A DNA stretch of 64,000 bases from Patescibacteria group bacterium (GTDB lineage: Bacteria; Patescibacteriota; Minisyncoccia; Minisyncoccales; JANBVM01). The notes beneath the pieces are model-generated. The model was not told the DNA's origin. It saw nothing but the letters and a program-made list of their open reading frames with translations, and ran no database searches. The position numbers were made by a program, and so were the translations under genes. This document shows positions 39,592 to 48,572 of this stretch, one piece after another. Location of the stretch: positions 74,059 to 138,058 of the forward strand of contig JANBVL010000001.1 in assembly GCA_024238995.1 (NCBI GenBank). The letters run 5' to 3'. How positions within the stretch are numbered: the first letter of the stretch is position 1; the number at the start of each line of letters is the position of its first letter.

Positions 39592-40677
39592 TTATCCTGT
39601 CCACCAATACATAAGTATTGAGAAATCAATTAAATCAACAATCCCATCTTTATTTTGGTCAACACAAGCGTCATATTTCCCCCACCAATAAAGCAGAATA
39701 GAAAAATCAACAAGACTGGTCCTTCCGTTTTTATTAAAATCAGCTCTAGGGCAAAATGCTGGCACTATTGCTTCACCAATTACAAATTCTAAAGCATGGG
39801 AAAAACTACTCACAAGCCCCTCAGGAGACAAAGCACTGGCTTTGATATAGTAAGAATCCTCGTCTAGTAAAGAGGTGTTAAAAGAAAAAGTGTAATCTCC
39901 TCTTTGGTCAGCTTTAACTTTATTTATAATAGTCTCTTGGGTATCCAAAGATTTAAGATAAAGACTTATTTCACTTTGAGGAGCAGTCTGGCCTGAAACA
40001 TGCAATAACTCTCCTTTTTCAAGCTGGTTTTTCTCTATCTTAATAGTAGGAGGAATAAGAATATCACCAATAACTACTGTCATGCCAAGAGAAATAGTTA
40101 CTGTAAGAGAAAAAGTAATGGATTTTCTTCCTGCCTTATCTTCAGCCCAAAGTCCAAAAGTATAAGTACCGCCTGTAAGACTATTAATCTCTATTTTAAA
40201 TGCAGCTAATGAATCAGCTCGTGCAGTAGCAATTATGTTTCCATCTTTTAATGTGAAAATTGAGGCATATGGGTAAGCTTTTCCCTGAAGAATAACTTTG
40301 GTCACTGGCTCTCTTGGATAAGGAAGTCCAGGTGGAGTTGGCGGAGGAGGCTCTATTAAACAAGTAGAACTACAACCATCGCCAGAATTAGCATTACTGT
40401 CATCACATTCCTCTCCTTCTCCGTCTTGAATAATCCCATCACCACAACGAGGACCTAAACCACTGCAATCATTTTTACAGAAACCGTATTCTCCGTTATT
40501 CACTCCATCATCACATTCTTCTTCTATTTCAAGAATATCATTTCCACATACCCCTAATATCTTAGCACTAATAGAAACTCCGCTCTGGGCTTGAACGGAG
40601 TCAAAGCTAAAAGCCAATATTAAAAGTACAGAACTAAGTATTGAAATAATTAAAAATAAATTTAGCCATTTTTTCAT
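39592..40677 (-). CDS. Secreted protein: Cys-rich (DUF4215-like) repeats, Ig-like domains, C-terminal dockerin-like domain
   Basis: CGNDILE.EEECDDG, CGDGIIQ...EECDD.N..SGDGCSSTC; ADFNKNG...LVDFSILLYWW twice. Confidence 0.82.
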   Translation of the reverse strand: MKKWLNLFLIISILSSVLLILAFSFDSVQAQSGVSISAKILGVCGNDILEIEEECDDGVNNGEYGFCKNDCSGLGPRCGDGIIQDGEGEECDDSNANSGDGCSSTCLIEPPPPTPPGLPYPREPVTKVILQGKAYPYASIFTLKDGNIIATARADSLAAFKIEINSLTGGTYTFGLWAEDKAGRKSITFSLTVTISLGMTVVIGDILIPPTIKIEKNQLEKGELLHVSGQTAPQSEISLYLKSLDTQETIINKVKADQRGDYTFSFNTSLLDEDSYYIKASALSPEGLVSSFSHALEFVIGEAIVPAFCPRADFNKNGRTSLVDFSILLYWWGKYDACVDQNKDGIVDLIDFSILMYWWTG

Positions 40678-40703
40678 TTTTCATTCTCTTTAAAATTGAA
40701 GAG

Positions 40704-41768
40704 TTACTTTATGCCCATTGCTTTCTTCTTTTTTACTATTCTTTTTTTTGTTTTCGTTGTTTCTCTTCTTTTTATTTGCATCCCAGCTTTAGCTAATATC
40801 CATTTATTATACCACTTAATTACTTGAAAAATAATAAATAATATTATTATTGTAATTAAAGAATTTAATAGCATCAACCTCCAAGGAAGAATCCAAAAAC
40901 TTAAGCTGTCTTGAGCGCTTTTTTCCTCTTTCCCAAATTCTATATCTAAAATAGCACGATAATAACCAAATCCAAGGCTATTTTTCTCTTTTTTTAATTC
41001 TTCAAAAAATCCCTGCGCATCCGCTTTATCAATAGGATTTTCTGCATTTAACGTAATAGAAAATGCTCTTTCAGCTCCTGGCAATGCATAATATTTATTT
41101 GGGTTAGCTGAAAGAACAGATATTGCTTTGCCAAAAATATTTTTAATTGTTATTTTTCCTTCAGGTTTTAAATGTACAGTTCCATTGTTTTTTAATAGAT
41201 AACTAAAATCAATTGGCAAATAATTAAAAAATTCTTTATTGGTTTGAAAGTTTTTAATTTGTCCATCTTCAATTACTTCTCCTGAAACATTAAGCAAGAC
41301 CAATATTGCTATTCTACTGCTAATTCCAACACTGCCGTCACCAGATCCTTTTGGAGAAGAAGTTCCCCAAAAAATAGCTGCATAATTACCACCTGCATTT
41401 GCATTTTCAGGAATTCTAATAGTAAAAGAAGTTCTTATTCGTTCTTTCATCTTTAAATGCACTTCTGAAGGAGAAACTTCAATCCACGAAGCCAGTCCTG
41501 ATACTTCTCCAGTGAAAACTGGATCTCCCCAAGTCCCCTGCGTTTCAACACTCTCAAAAGAAGAATAAAAAGTTGAGTCACGGTTTCCACTATTAATTAA
41601 AGTAATTGTTCCAGAAATTACATCTCCTGGATCACCTGAAAATTCAACTTTTGCCGGAGAGACAGTTAAGGCGTAAGAGTTTGAAATAAAAATACTGCAA
41701 CCCAAAATAATAAAAACTATAAGAATAAGTGGTTTTTTCATTTCATTTAAATTAAATAGCCAAGTCAA
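40704..41768 (-). CDS. DUF916-like (WxL-interacting type) membrane-anchored protein
   Basis: ALTVSP..E...PG; WIEV; F.I.IP.NA..GG.YAAIF; N.G.VHLKP.G.I.I.NIFG; C-terminal TM. Confidence 0.72.
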   Translation of the reverse strand: MTWLFNLNEMKKPLILIVFIILGCSIFISNSYALTVSPAKVEFSGDPGDVISGTITLINSGNRDSTFYSSFESVETQGTWGDPVFTGEVSGLASWIEVSPSEVHLKMKERIRTSFTIRIPENANAGGNYAAIFWGTSSPKGSGDGSVGISSRIAILVLLNVSGEVIEDGQIKNFQTNKEFFNYLPIDFSYLLKNNGTVHLKPEGKITIKNIFGKAISVLSANPNKYYALPGAERAFSITLNAENPIDKADAQGFFEELKKEKNSLGFGYYRAILDIEFGKEEKSAQDSLSFWILPWRLMLLNSLITIIILFIIFQVIKWYNKWILAKAGMQIKRRETTKTKKRIVKKKKAMGIK

Positions 41769-41811
41769 TATAAAATTAACATGGAACTAAACAATTTCTT
41801 TAAAAATTGCC

Positions 41812-42429
41812 TTAAAGAGTATTAGAACAAGTGTAAGTAATTATATCTGAATAACTACCGGCTAGGTTTGCTCCACTAATTGCTGCTTGATAATACAAAA
41901 TAAGTCTTGCATCAACTACAGCACCTGTACTTGAAGCCACATTGACATCAGTAATTTCAAAACCACCAACATCACTAGTTGTTGATGCATTGTCATATCT
42001 GGCAGCTATTGTCATAGCAGTTCCAAAATCAGTACTTGTAGCCTGCAAACCATAACCCTCTGTTCCTGCTCCCAAACTAGATGTATTCCCAAAAGAACCA
42101 TCAGCTGAACCGATAAGATCAGGGCCACCAGCATAGTATAATCCTGGATCTGAAGTATCTCCATCGTCCTGAGCTTTAAGAACAGCAACAGCATTACTAT
42201 TAAGATTAACTGTAGTGCTACCGTAAGCAGTTGTCACTGAACCTGTAGTTAAAGTTCCAAAACTAGCAGTATTAGTGCTGAAATTACAACTAATACCTGA
42301 TCCCACTGTTGCTGAAATAGTAACATCATCACTCTTAGCCACATTTAAATTAGATGATAATGAAATAATTACAGCTAAACCCAATACCGCAATAATAAAT
42401 AAATCTTCTTTCTTAATTATCATTTTCAA
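41812..42429 (-). CDS. Secreted WxL-like/pilin-like subunit
   Basis: Signal peptide; DDVTISATV; L.AGTEGYG; AGSYSDIITYTC C-terminus. Confidence 0.7.
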   Translation of the reverse strand: MKMIIKKEDLFIIAVLGLAVIISLSSNLNVAKSDDVTISATVGSGISCNFSTNTASFGTLTTGSVTTAYGSTTVNLNSNAVAVLKAQDDGDTSDPGLYYAGGPDLIGSADGSFGNTSSLGAGTEGYGLQATSTDFGTAMTIAARYDNASTTSDVGGFEITDVNVASSTGAVVDARLILYYQAAISGANLAGSYSDIITYTCSNTL

Positions 42430-42545
42430 TTTTACTTTACTTTAATTTTCTATTTTTAAATGAATCGAAAACGACCTTTTATTTTTTATACTATCTAATT
42501 AATTTATCATAATAAGTCAAATTTTGAAATTGTGGAAAACTTTTT

Positions 42546-44354
42546 TCATTCACTTACTGAACAAGTATAAGTAATTACGTCTGCATAACTACCCACTACA
42601 TTTGACACACTACTTGCTGCTTTATAATACAAAATAATCCGCCTGTTGGTTACAGCAGCAGTACTTGAAGCCATAGTCACATCAGTAATTTCAAAACCAC
42701 CAACATCATTAGTTGTTGATGCATTATCATATCTGGCAGCTATTGTCATTACAGCGCCACTTCCATAATCAGTACTTGTAGCTTGCAAACCATAACCTTC
42801 TATTCCTGCTATCAAACTAGCTGTATTCCCAGAAGCACTATCAGCTGAACCGATAAGATCAGTTGTAGCGCTGGACTTATATAGTCCTGGATTTCCAGTA
42901 TCTCCATCGTCCTGAACTTTAACAAAAACAGTACCACCACTTGTAATATCAATAGTAGTACTGCCATAAGCAGTTAAAACTGCACTTGATGTCAAAGTTC
43001 CAAAACTAGCAGTAGTAGTGCTGAAATTACAGGTTAAAGAAGGAGCTTCAGTAACTATTGCTGGATAACCATCAGCATTATAACCATCCAATAAAGTACT
43101 ATTAGATTTTATCATTCGAAAACAATAAGTGGTACTGCCTGGGGCATTGTTATTTTGAACCACCCAATCCCATTCTCCATCTTGGCCATTAGCAATAGCC
43201 AAAAGATTAGCTACCGAGGGATTAGCTTCTTCATAAGATTCTCTAACATTAGAACTGCTTAACAAAGTAGAAGTGGTAGTGGCCTCCTCATCTGTGCCTG
43301 TATTATCATAGCCTCGCCAGATGACTCCAGAAGCTAATCCTCCTACATCACTCCAGGAAGCAACAGCCGGACAACCAGTGGTTGAAGTGCCGTACTGAAG
43401 TTTAAAGGCCTGGGTAGAGGTAGTTAAATCAACTGTGCCAATTGTAATATTCATCCTTATTCGATAAACCGCACTTGAGGTAGCATTAGTAGAGGTAGTG
43501 TTTTCATTAGCCATTGCTCCCGCTGGTTGCACTGAATCTGCATTCCAATACCATCGTGAGTCATTTTGAGTAAAAGTAGGGGTAGGCACAGGATTAAGAC
43601 TAACTCCAGCTTCTATCCAGTCTACACCCAGTCCTAATGTCCATGCCATATCAGATTGAGCATCATTAGCAGTAACACTGCTTCCTGCTCCATCACAGTT
43701 ATTTGTACTATCGTTCCATTGCTGTGCTCCATCTCCGCTTTCGGTCAATGTTGTTGAATTTGCAGCAGATACTACATCATAAACTAAATCCCCTGAAGTA
43801 GTAGGAATTGGTATGTTTGCTGCTAGTCCACTTCCAAAATTACTATTCCAACCATCATCAGGAGTTGTAGTATCAATGCTTGAAAAAACTACTGCTGTAT
43901 GAACTGAACCATTCCAATTAGAATTGTTATCATCCCAAGTTATTGTAACTGTGGCAGATTTTTGAGTAGGTGAAATTTTTTTATAAATATGAACAGTAGC
44001 TTTACCATTCTGGGCTTCTCCTACTAAAGAAAGAGGTTCATTTGCTGTTGCAGCATCCCAGACAACCGAAGAAGCAAATTTACCAGTACTCTTTTGCATG
44101 GCTGAAATAAAAACATAAATAGCTGTCCCCGCTGTAGCATCTACGCTAGTAATTGTTGAAGAAAGGGACTTCTTATCAAAAGATGTAGTTGTGCTTTCAA
44201 CTGTAATTGCCGCCTGTGCTTTTTGAACTTCCGGCGGAAACGGTGGATTCTGCCAAATCCTCGGCTGACCAGAAAACAACCAACTTATCGTTAGCAAGAA
44301 AATAAGGCAAGTCAGTAAAAAATTCCCTAATTTATTCTTGACAAGTTTTGTCAT
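42546..44354 (-). CDS. Secreted multi-domain protein ending in a copy of the WxL-like domain of 41812..42429
   Basis: N-terminal WLFSGQPRIWQNPPFPP..AQA leader; C-terminal ~160 aa highly similar to neighbour, also at DNA level. Confidence 0.78.
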   Translation of the reverse strand: MTKLVKNKLGNFLLTCLIFLLTISWLFSGQPRIWQNPPFPPEVQKAQAAITVESTTTSFDKKSLSSTITSVDATAGTAIYVFISAMQKSTGKFASSVVWDAATANEPLSLVGEAQNGKATVHIYKKISPTQKSATVTITWDDNNSNWNGSVHTAVVFSSIDTTTPDDGWNSNFGSGLAANIPIPTTSGDLVYDVVSAANSTTLTESGDGAQQWNDSTNNCDGAGSSVTANDAQSDMAWTLGLGVDWIEAGVSLNPVPTPTFTQNDSRWYWNADSVQPAGAMANENTTSTNATSSAVYRIRMNITIGTVDLTTSTQAFKLQYGTSTTGCPAVASWSDVGGLASGVIWRGYDNTGTDEEATTTSTLLSSSNVRESYEEANPSVANLLAIANGQDGEWDWVVQNNNAPGSTTYCFRMIKSNSTLLDGYNADGYPAIVTEAPSLTCNFSTTTASFGTLTSSAVLTAYGSTTIDITSGGTVFVKVQDDGDTGNPGLYKSSATTDLIGSADSASGNTASLIAGIEGYGLQATSTDYGSGAVMTIAARYDNASTTNDVGGFEITDVTMASSTAAVTNRRIILYYKAASSVSNVVGSYADVITYTCSVSE

Positions 44355-44556
44355 TTTTTTTATTTTATCAAATTTTATTCAGCAAAGAAACTGTGAAAAA
44401 CTTTAATGCAAAATTATTTTTCTTTTTATTCTGTTATTTTACCAAAAACCAAAAAATCATCAAACAAAAAAGAGCAAGGCTTGATAAAATACATCAGAAA
44501 GATTAAAATAAATAATGATTATTCTTGAAAATCTTACTATTCTAATATTATAAAAC

Positions 44557-44781
44557 ATGACCCTTCGTCACATACCTTTAAATAAACAAAAAAAATACCT
44601 CAAAATAAAAGAGGTGGCAGAATTATTTGGAGTCACTCCTTTAACGCTTCGTAATTGGGATAAAGCAGGAAAATTAAAAGCTTATCGCCACCCCATAAAT
44701 AATTACCGCATTTACAAACCACAAGAAGTTGAGCTTTTTCTGCGAAAGATTGAATCAGGAAAAAAAACAATGCTTGGATAG
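44557..44781 (+). CDS. MerR-family HTH DNA-binding protein
   Basis: LKIKEVAELFGVTPLTLRNWD..GKL...RHP.NNYR.Y. Confidence 0.9.
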   Translation: MTLRHIPLNKQKKYLKIKEVAELFGVTPLTLRNWDKAGKLKAYRHPINNYRIYKPQEVELFLRKIESGKKTMLG

Positions 44782-44794
44782 AACTATGAACATT

Positions 44795-44826
44795 AAAAAA
44801 CTGACAGATAATCCTGTCAGTTTTTT
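44795..44826. terminator. Bidirectional intrinsic terminator
   Basis: aaaaaactgacag-ataatc-ctgtcagtttttt. Confidence 0.8.
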
Positions 44827-44842
44827 AATTTATCATTTTTAA

Positions 44843-44992
44843 CTATCGCCTAGATTTTATTGGGCCAGATTCTGAAGCCCGCAAGCGCGTCATGGCAGTT
44901 CTTGCTCTGTTAGCAGAAGGATAAGTTTTTTTCTTAGTCCACTTACCTCCTTTTTTCTCAAATAAGGTTTTCTTAAATCTTTTATAAGGCAT
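44843..44992 (-). CDS. Unannotated 49-aa basic protein
   Basis: Hand translation MPYKRFKKTLFEKKGGKWTKKKTYPSANRARTAMTRLRASESGPIKSRR; ends just before the terminator. Confidence 0.55.
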   Translation of the reverse strand: MPYKRFKKTLFEKKGGKWTKKKTYPSANRARTAMTRLRASESGPIKSRR

Positions 44993-45061
44993 AATTGTAT
45001 ATTATGTTTGTAAGATAGCTTTATTTTCAAAAAATTTCAAGTATAAAAAATCTATCAATTT

Positions 45062-45745
45062 TTAAAGCAATTTGAACTTATTTATCACCAACCCAAACTT
45101 ATAGCCTAAGTGTTTTGCTGCTTTTCGGCAGTAAATCATTCTATCAGTAAAAATCTCAAAGTATTCCATTACAGGAACAAAATTAGTGTCAATTTTTAAA
45201 GTTAAGCTAATGTTTTTTACTTTTTTATTAATTCCAAGCTTTGAAAATTCAGTAGCATAATTAACCCTGTCATGAATATCAGTTTTAATGTCATTAACAT
45301 TATTGGAATTTACCCTTGAGCGACGAACATCTGATTTATCAGCTAAAATGACAACAGCTGAAACAGAGCTTGGTAACTCAATATCTTCGTGTTTAGGTAG
45401 AATATCTTCTTTATCATGAAAAGTAATTGCCTGCATAATTAAAGCCAGTTCTTCAGGTAAAAAATCATCTTTAAATACTTGGCTAAAAAGCATGGAACCA
45501 AGGTAATTATGATGGCTTCTGCTTAAAAAATTACCCATGTCATGACAAAAGCCAGCAATAGCTGATAGTTCCTGTTTTTGAGTTGAAAGACCTATTTCTT
45601 TTGCAATTGTTCTTGCCCTATCAGCCACTAAACTTGAATGCTCTAAACCATGTTCAGTATAACCTGATTTTTTTAAAACATTTTCAGTTTGTTTAATAAA
45701 TTCTAAAATGTATGGATTTTTTTTGACTTCAGTTAAAGTAATCAT
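45062..45745 (-). CDS. HD-domain phosphohydrolase
   Basis: GYTEHG.EH, FCHDMGN, LADKSDVRRSR, DIHDRVNYA. Confidence 0.88.
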   Translation of the reverse strand: MITLTEVKKNPYILEFIKQTENVLKKSGYTEHGLEHSSLVADRARTIAKEIGLSTQKQELSAIAGFCHDMGNFLSRSHHNYLGSMLFSQVFKDDFLPEELALIMQAITFHDKEDILPKHEDIELPSSVSAVVILADKSDVRRSRVNSNNVNDIKTDIHDRVNYATEFSKLGINKKVKNISLTLKIDTNFVPVMEYFEIFTDRMIYCRKAAKHLGYKFGLVINKFKLL

Positions 45746-45972
45746 ATTCTCTTTAAAATTTCTAAATACTGCTTAGGATTAATCCCAAGAATTCTTAAGT
45801 TATTTCGGATAACAAAAATCGGTAGCTCTTTATCTCGAGGAACAACTACCGGTCTTTTTAAATCTTCTCGCCAATATATTCGGTGGTCTCCTTTTTCTCT
45901 TTTGAAATAACAACCTACAAATAAAAGAAATTTTTCAAACTTTTTATAATTGATGGGCGTCAAACGAGCCAT
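45742..45972 (-). CDS. hicA: HicA-family toxin
   Basis: GC.F.R.KGDH..Y.....RPVVVP. Confidence 0.85.
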   Translation of the reverse strand: MARLTPINYKKFEKFLLFVGCYFKREKGDHRIYWREDLKRPVVVPRDKELPIFVIRNNLRILGINPKQYLEILKRI

Positions 45973-45978
45973 ACTTTA

Positions 45979-46263
45979 TCATACTGAAACCTGAACAGTT
46001 TCAGATTCTTGAGAGATAATTATTGGCGGAACCCATTCTTTTTGGCTTTTTTTCCAACCCAATCCTTGCAGGACTTCTTCTAGTGTGCCTTTTTTAACAA
46101 GCTCTTCAAAAAAAATATTAACGATTTCTATAAATCGTTTTTTAGCTTCCTCATAGCTCTTGCCTGAAGTAGATAAATCAAGGGTTGGTGTATAGGCAAT
46201 AAATCTTTTACCCTCTCGAAGCATAGAAACTGAAAGTTTAAATTCTAGTTTAGTTTTTCTCAT
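45979..46263 (-). CDS. hicB: HicB-like antitoxin (no DNA-binding domain evident)
   Basis: EG.RFIAYTP.LDLSTSGKSYEEA; ATG at 46263. Confidence 0.8.
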   Translation of the reverse strand: MRKTKLEFKLSVSMLREGKRFIAYTPTLDLSTSGKSYEEAKKRFIEIVNIFFEELVKKGTLEEVLQGLGWKKSQKEWVPPIIISQESETVQVSV

Positions 46264-46291
46264 ATTTTTTAATTCCGAAAGAATTAAGATT

Positions 46292-46311
46292 ATGAGACGA
46301 TTTCGTCTCAT
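46292..46311. promoter_or_regulatory. Perfect palindrome upstream of hicBA (candidate operator)
   Basis: atgagacga-tt-tcgtctcat. Confidence 0.5.
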
Positions 46312-46384
46312 GTTCTTATTATATTACGTTTAAAGCTTATGTCAATTTAAAAAATTTAAAACAATCATATTTTTATGCTTTTAA

Positions 46385-47668
46385 TTATTCTAACAAATCT
46401 TGCGTTGTTGTTGAAAGCGCTCCTCTTGTATAAAAGTTTTCTGGGCTCCAGATCATGAAACCAGAAAAATCATCTTTTAAAGCATCTTGAACTGCATTAA
46501 TTTCTAACCTCACTTCCTCTTCCCCATATTCAGCTCCTAAATCAAAATCCTGAAGCCATGGCCTTAACTTGGCTTGTGTTGAAGTGGTAGTTTTAAAAGC
46601 ATTAAGTTTAAACAAGCCAGCTTCCATTGCATTTTTAACTACCTCATAAGGATACTCAGCCGGATTGTCATATCCAATGTAACCTTGGGCATAATGAGAA
46701 GGATAAACCATTGGAGAAACAAAATCAAAATACTGATAAGCATGTTCAATTTTTTGACCAATTCCCAAATCAGATATTTCAGTAGAAAGTCCAAAAAGAT
46801 CAGCTGACAAAACAGCATTAGGAAGCTTTTCTCTTAAATAAGAATAAAAGCCTTTAATCACTGAAATTCTTGTAGTGCCGGTGCTATTCCATAAAGAAAA
46901 ACTTAAATCCCCTAAATCACCGTCAGAAGGAAAACGAATATAGTCAAAATTCAACTCATCAAAGCCCTGATTTAAAACATCTCTAGCAATAGCAATATTA
47001 TAATCCCATGCTTCTTCGCTTGATGGATCAATCCAGGCCAAACCCATCTTATCAAGCCAAAGCAAAGAGTCATCTGATTTCCTCTTCACTGCTAAATCAG
47101 GCCTTGACCAAGCTAGAATAGGATCCTGGAAAACACTAATTCTGGCAATAGTATAAATTCCATTTTTGTGAAATTTCTCAACTAAAGCTTTAACATCTGG
47201 AATTAAATATCTTTCAGCATTATATTCTTCAACCTCAGCAACCTCAGTATTATAGCTTACATAACCTGACCAGTCTTTGATATCAATCACAACAGCATTA
47301 ATCTCTGTGTTTTTAGCCAAATCAATCACATAATTAGTCATATAAGGACTAGCTGCTGACCAAGCAGTTAAATAAACTGCTTTTATTATTTCAGGCGCCT
47401 GAAAACCTGATTTTTCAATTTCGAGTTCAGTACTAGTAGCTGTTTTAGAAACAATTACAGAAAGAATTTCTTTTTCAGTAATCTCTTCTTCAACAATTTC
47501 TTGCTCTTCAACATGTTCTTCAGATTCATATTCTTGATATTCCTGCTGCTCTGGCAAAAAAACAGACTCATAAACATTAACAAAAGAATCTTTAAGAAAA
47601 AACAATACTATAAAAAACAAAAAAATTACAAAATACTGATTTTTAAGCAAGTCTTTAACGCTCTTCAT
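46385..47668 (-). CDS. Putative glycoside hydrolase (DUF4015 family), membrane-anchored
   Basis: INAVVIDIKD, IARISVFQD, GFDELNFDYIRFPSDG, SPMVYPSHY, RPWLQDF. Confidence 0.88.
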   Translation of the reverse strand: MKSVKDLLKNQYFVIFLFFIVLFFLKDSFVNVYESVFLPEQQEYQEYESEEHVEEQEIVEEEITEKEILSVIVSKTATSTELEIEKSGFQAPEIIKAVYLTAWSAASPYMTNYVIDLAKNTEINAVVIDIKDWSGYVSYNTEVAEVEEYNAERYLIPDVKALVEKFHKNGIYTIARISVFQDPILAWSRPDLAVKRKSDDSLLWLDKMGLAWIDPSSEEAWDYNIAIARDVLNQGFDELNFDYIRFPSDGDLGDLSFSLWNSTGTTRISVIKGFYSYLREKLPNAVLSADLFGLSTEISDLGIGQKIEHAYQYFDFVSPMVYPSHYAQGYIGYDNPAEYPYEVVKNAMEAGLFKLNAFKTTTSTQAKLRPWLQDFDLGAEYGEEEVRLEINAVQDALKDDFSGFMIWSPENFYTRGALSTTTQDLLE

Positions 47669-47717
47669 TTTTCAAGTTTTTGAATAAAAAAACAGCCTTT
47701 AATTATTAGGTTGTTTT

Positions 47718-47969
47718 TTAATATTCTAATTTTATTCCTAATTTGTCTGCAATTTGTTTTATCCATTTTTCATGACGATTCACTTTATATGATAAAATAA
47801 GCATTTCTTAAAAATAAGCATCAGCTCTTTTCGCATAAGCATCAACAGAAATTTGAAGCTCTGAAAAACTGTTTAACATTTCTTCTTTAAAAGACAAAAA
47901 ATCTTCTTTGGTGGCAAAGACTTCTTTATTAGCTTCAATTATTCTCTGTATATCTTTATCAGTAAGCAT
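47718..47969 (-). pseudogene. Small coiled-coil gene interrupted by one in-frame TAA (47808-47810)
   Basis: MLTDKDIQRIIEANKEVFATKEDF...RADAYF*EMLILSYKVNRHEKWIKQIADKLGIKLEY; frame continues past the stop. Confidence 0.6.
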
Positions 47970-48026
47970 ATTAATTTTCCTCTACTCATTTTTATTATAA
48001 CTTGTAAAGTAATCGTGTCAAACTTT

Positions 48027-48572
48027 TTACTTTTCAATTCCAAATTCCATTGATTTTTTAATTTGAATCATTTCTAAAGGATCAACATCTTTTAAAGAAT
48101 TGCCTTTAAACTCTTGAATCACTTTAATTCCTTCAATGTCAATATCAACACGGCTCCTTGAAGCTAATATTAAATTGGGTTCTCTTATTTCACCCTCAGC
48201 AGGGCCTTTAGTTATAAAGCATTTTCTTGCATCCATAATAATTAAGTCAGGATGAATTAATTTGTTTAACTCAGCTATTTTTTCCTGAAGATTTTTCAAA
48301 TGAAGCCTGACGCGCTCAATTGGCTTCATAAAACCAATAGATAATTTTAAAGCTCCGGTAAATTGAGCATATGAATGAGTTTTTAAATTAGGTAAAAGTA
48401 TCAACTTGTCAGCTCTTTCTAAAAATTCAGTTACTGAAACTGTCTTTAGAAATTTACCATTGGGAACTTGTTTTTTAATCCATTTCCTTTCATCAAAATT
48501 ATATATTCTTGGAGGTATTTCTATTTTCTCCAAATCAAAAACACCAAGCTTTTCCATTACTTTACGAGTATT
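48027..48572 (-). pseudogene. DUF362 gene, 3' part (split by integrated element)
   Basis: NTRKVMEKLG...LPNLKTH..AQFTGALK...IMDAR.CF...GP; joins 62675..62923 in frame. Confidence 0.88.

Noticed and set aside
44985..45012. E. coli dif-like string gcataattgtatattatgtt
   Set aside because: Arm register is off by one, it lacks the GTCG arm of the other sites, and it overlaps the start of the 49-aa ORF in AT-rich DNA
47718..47969. Stop-codon recoding
   Set aside because: One TAA in one gene; all other genes read normally in code 11, so a point nonsense change or sequencing error is more likely
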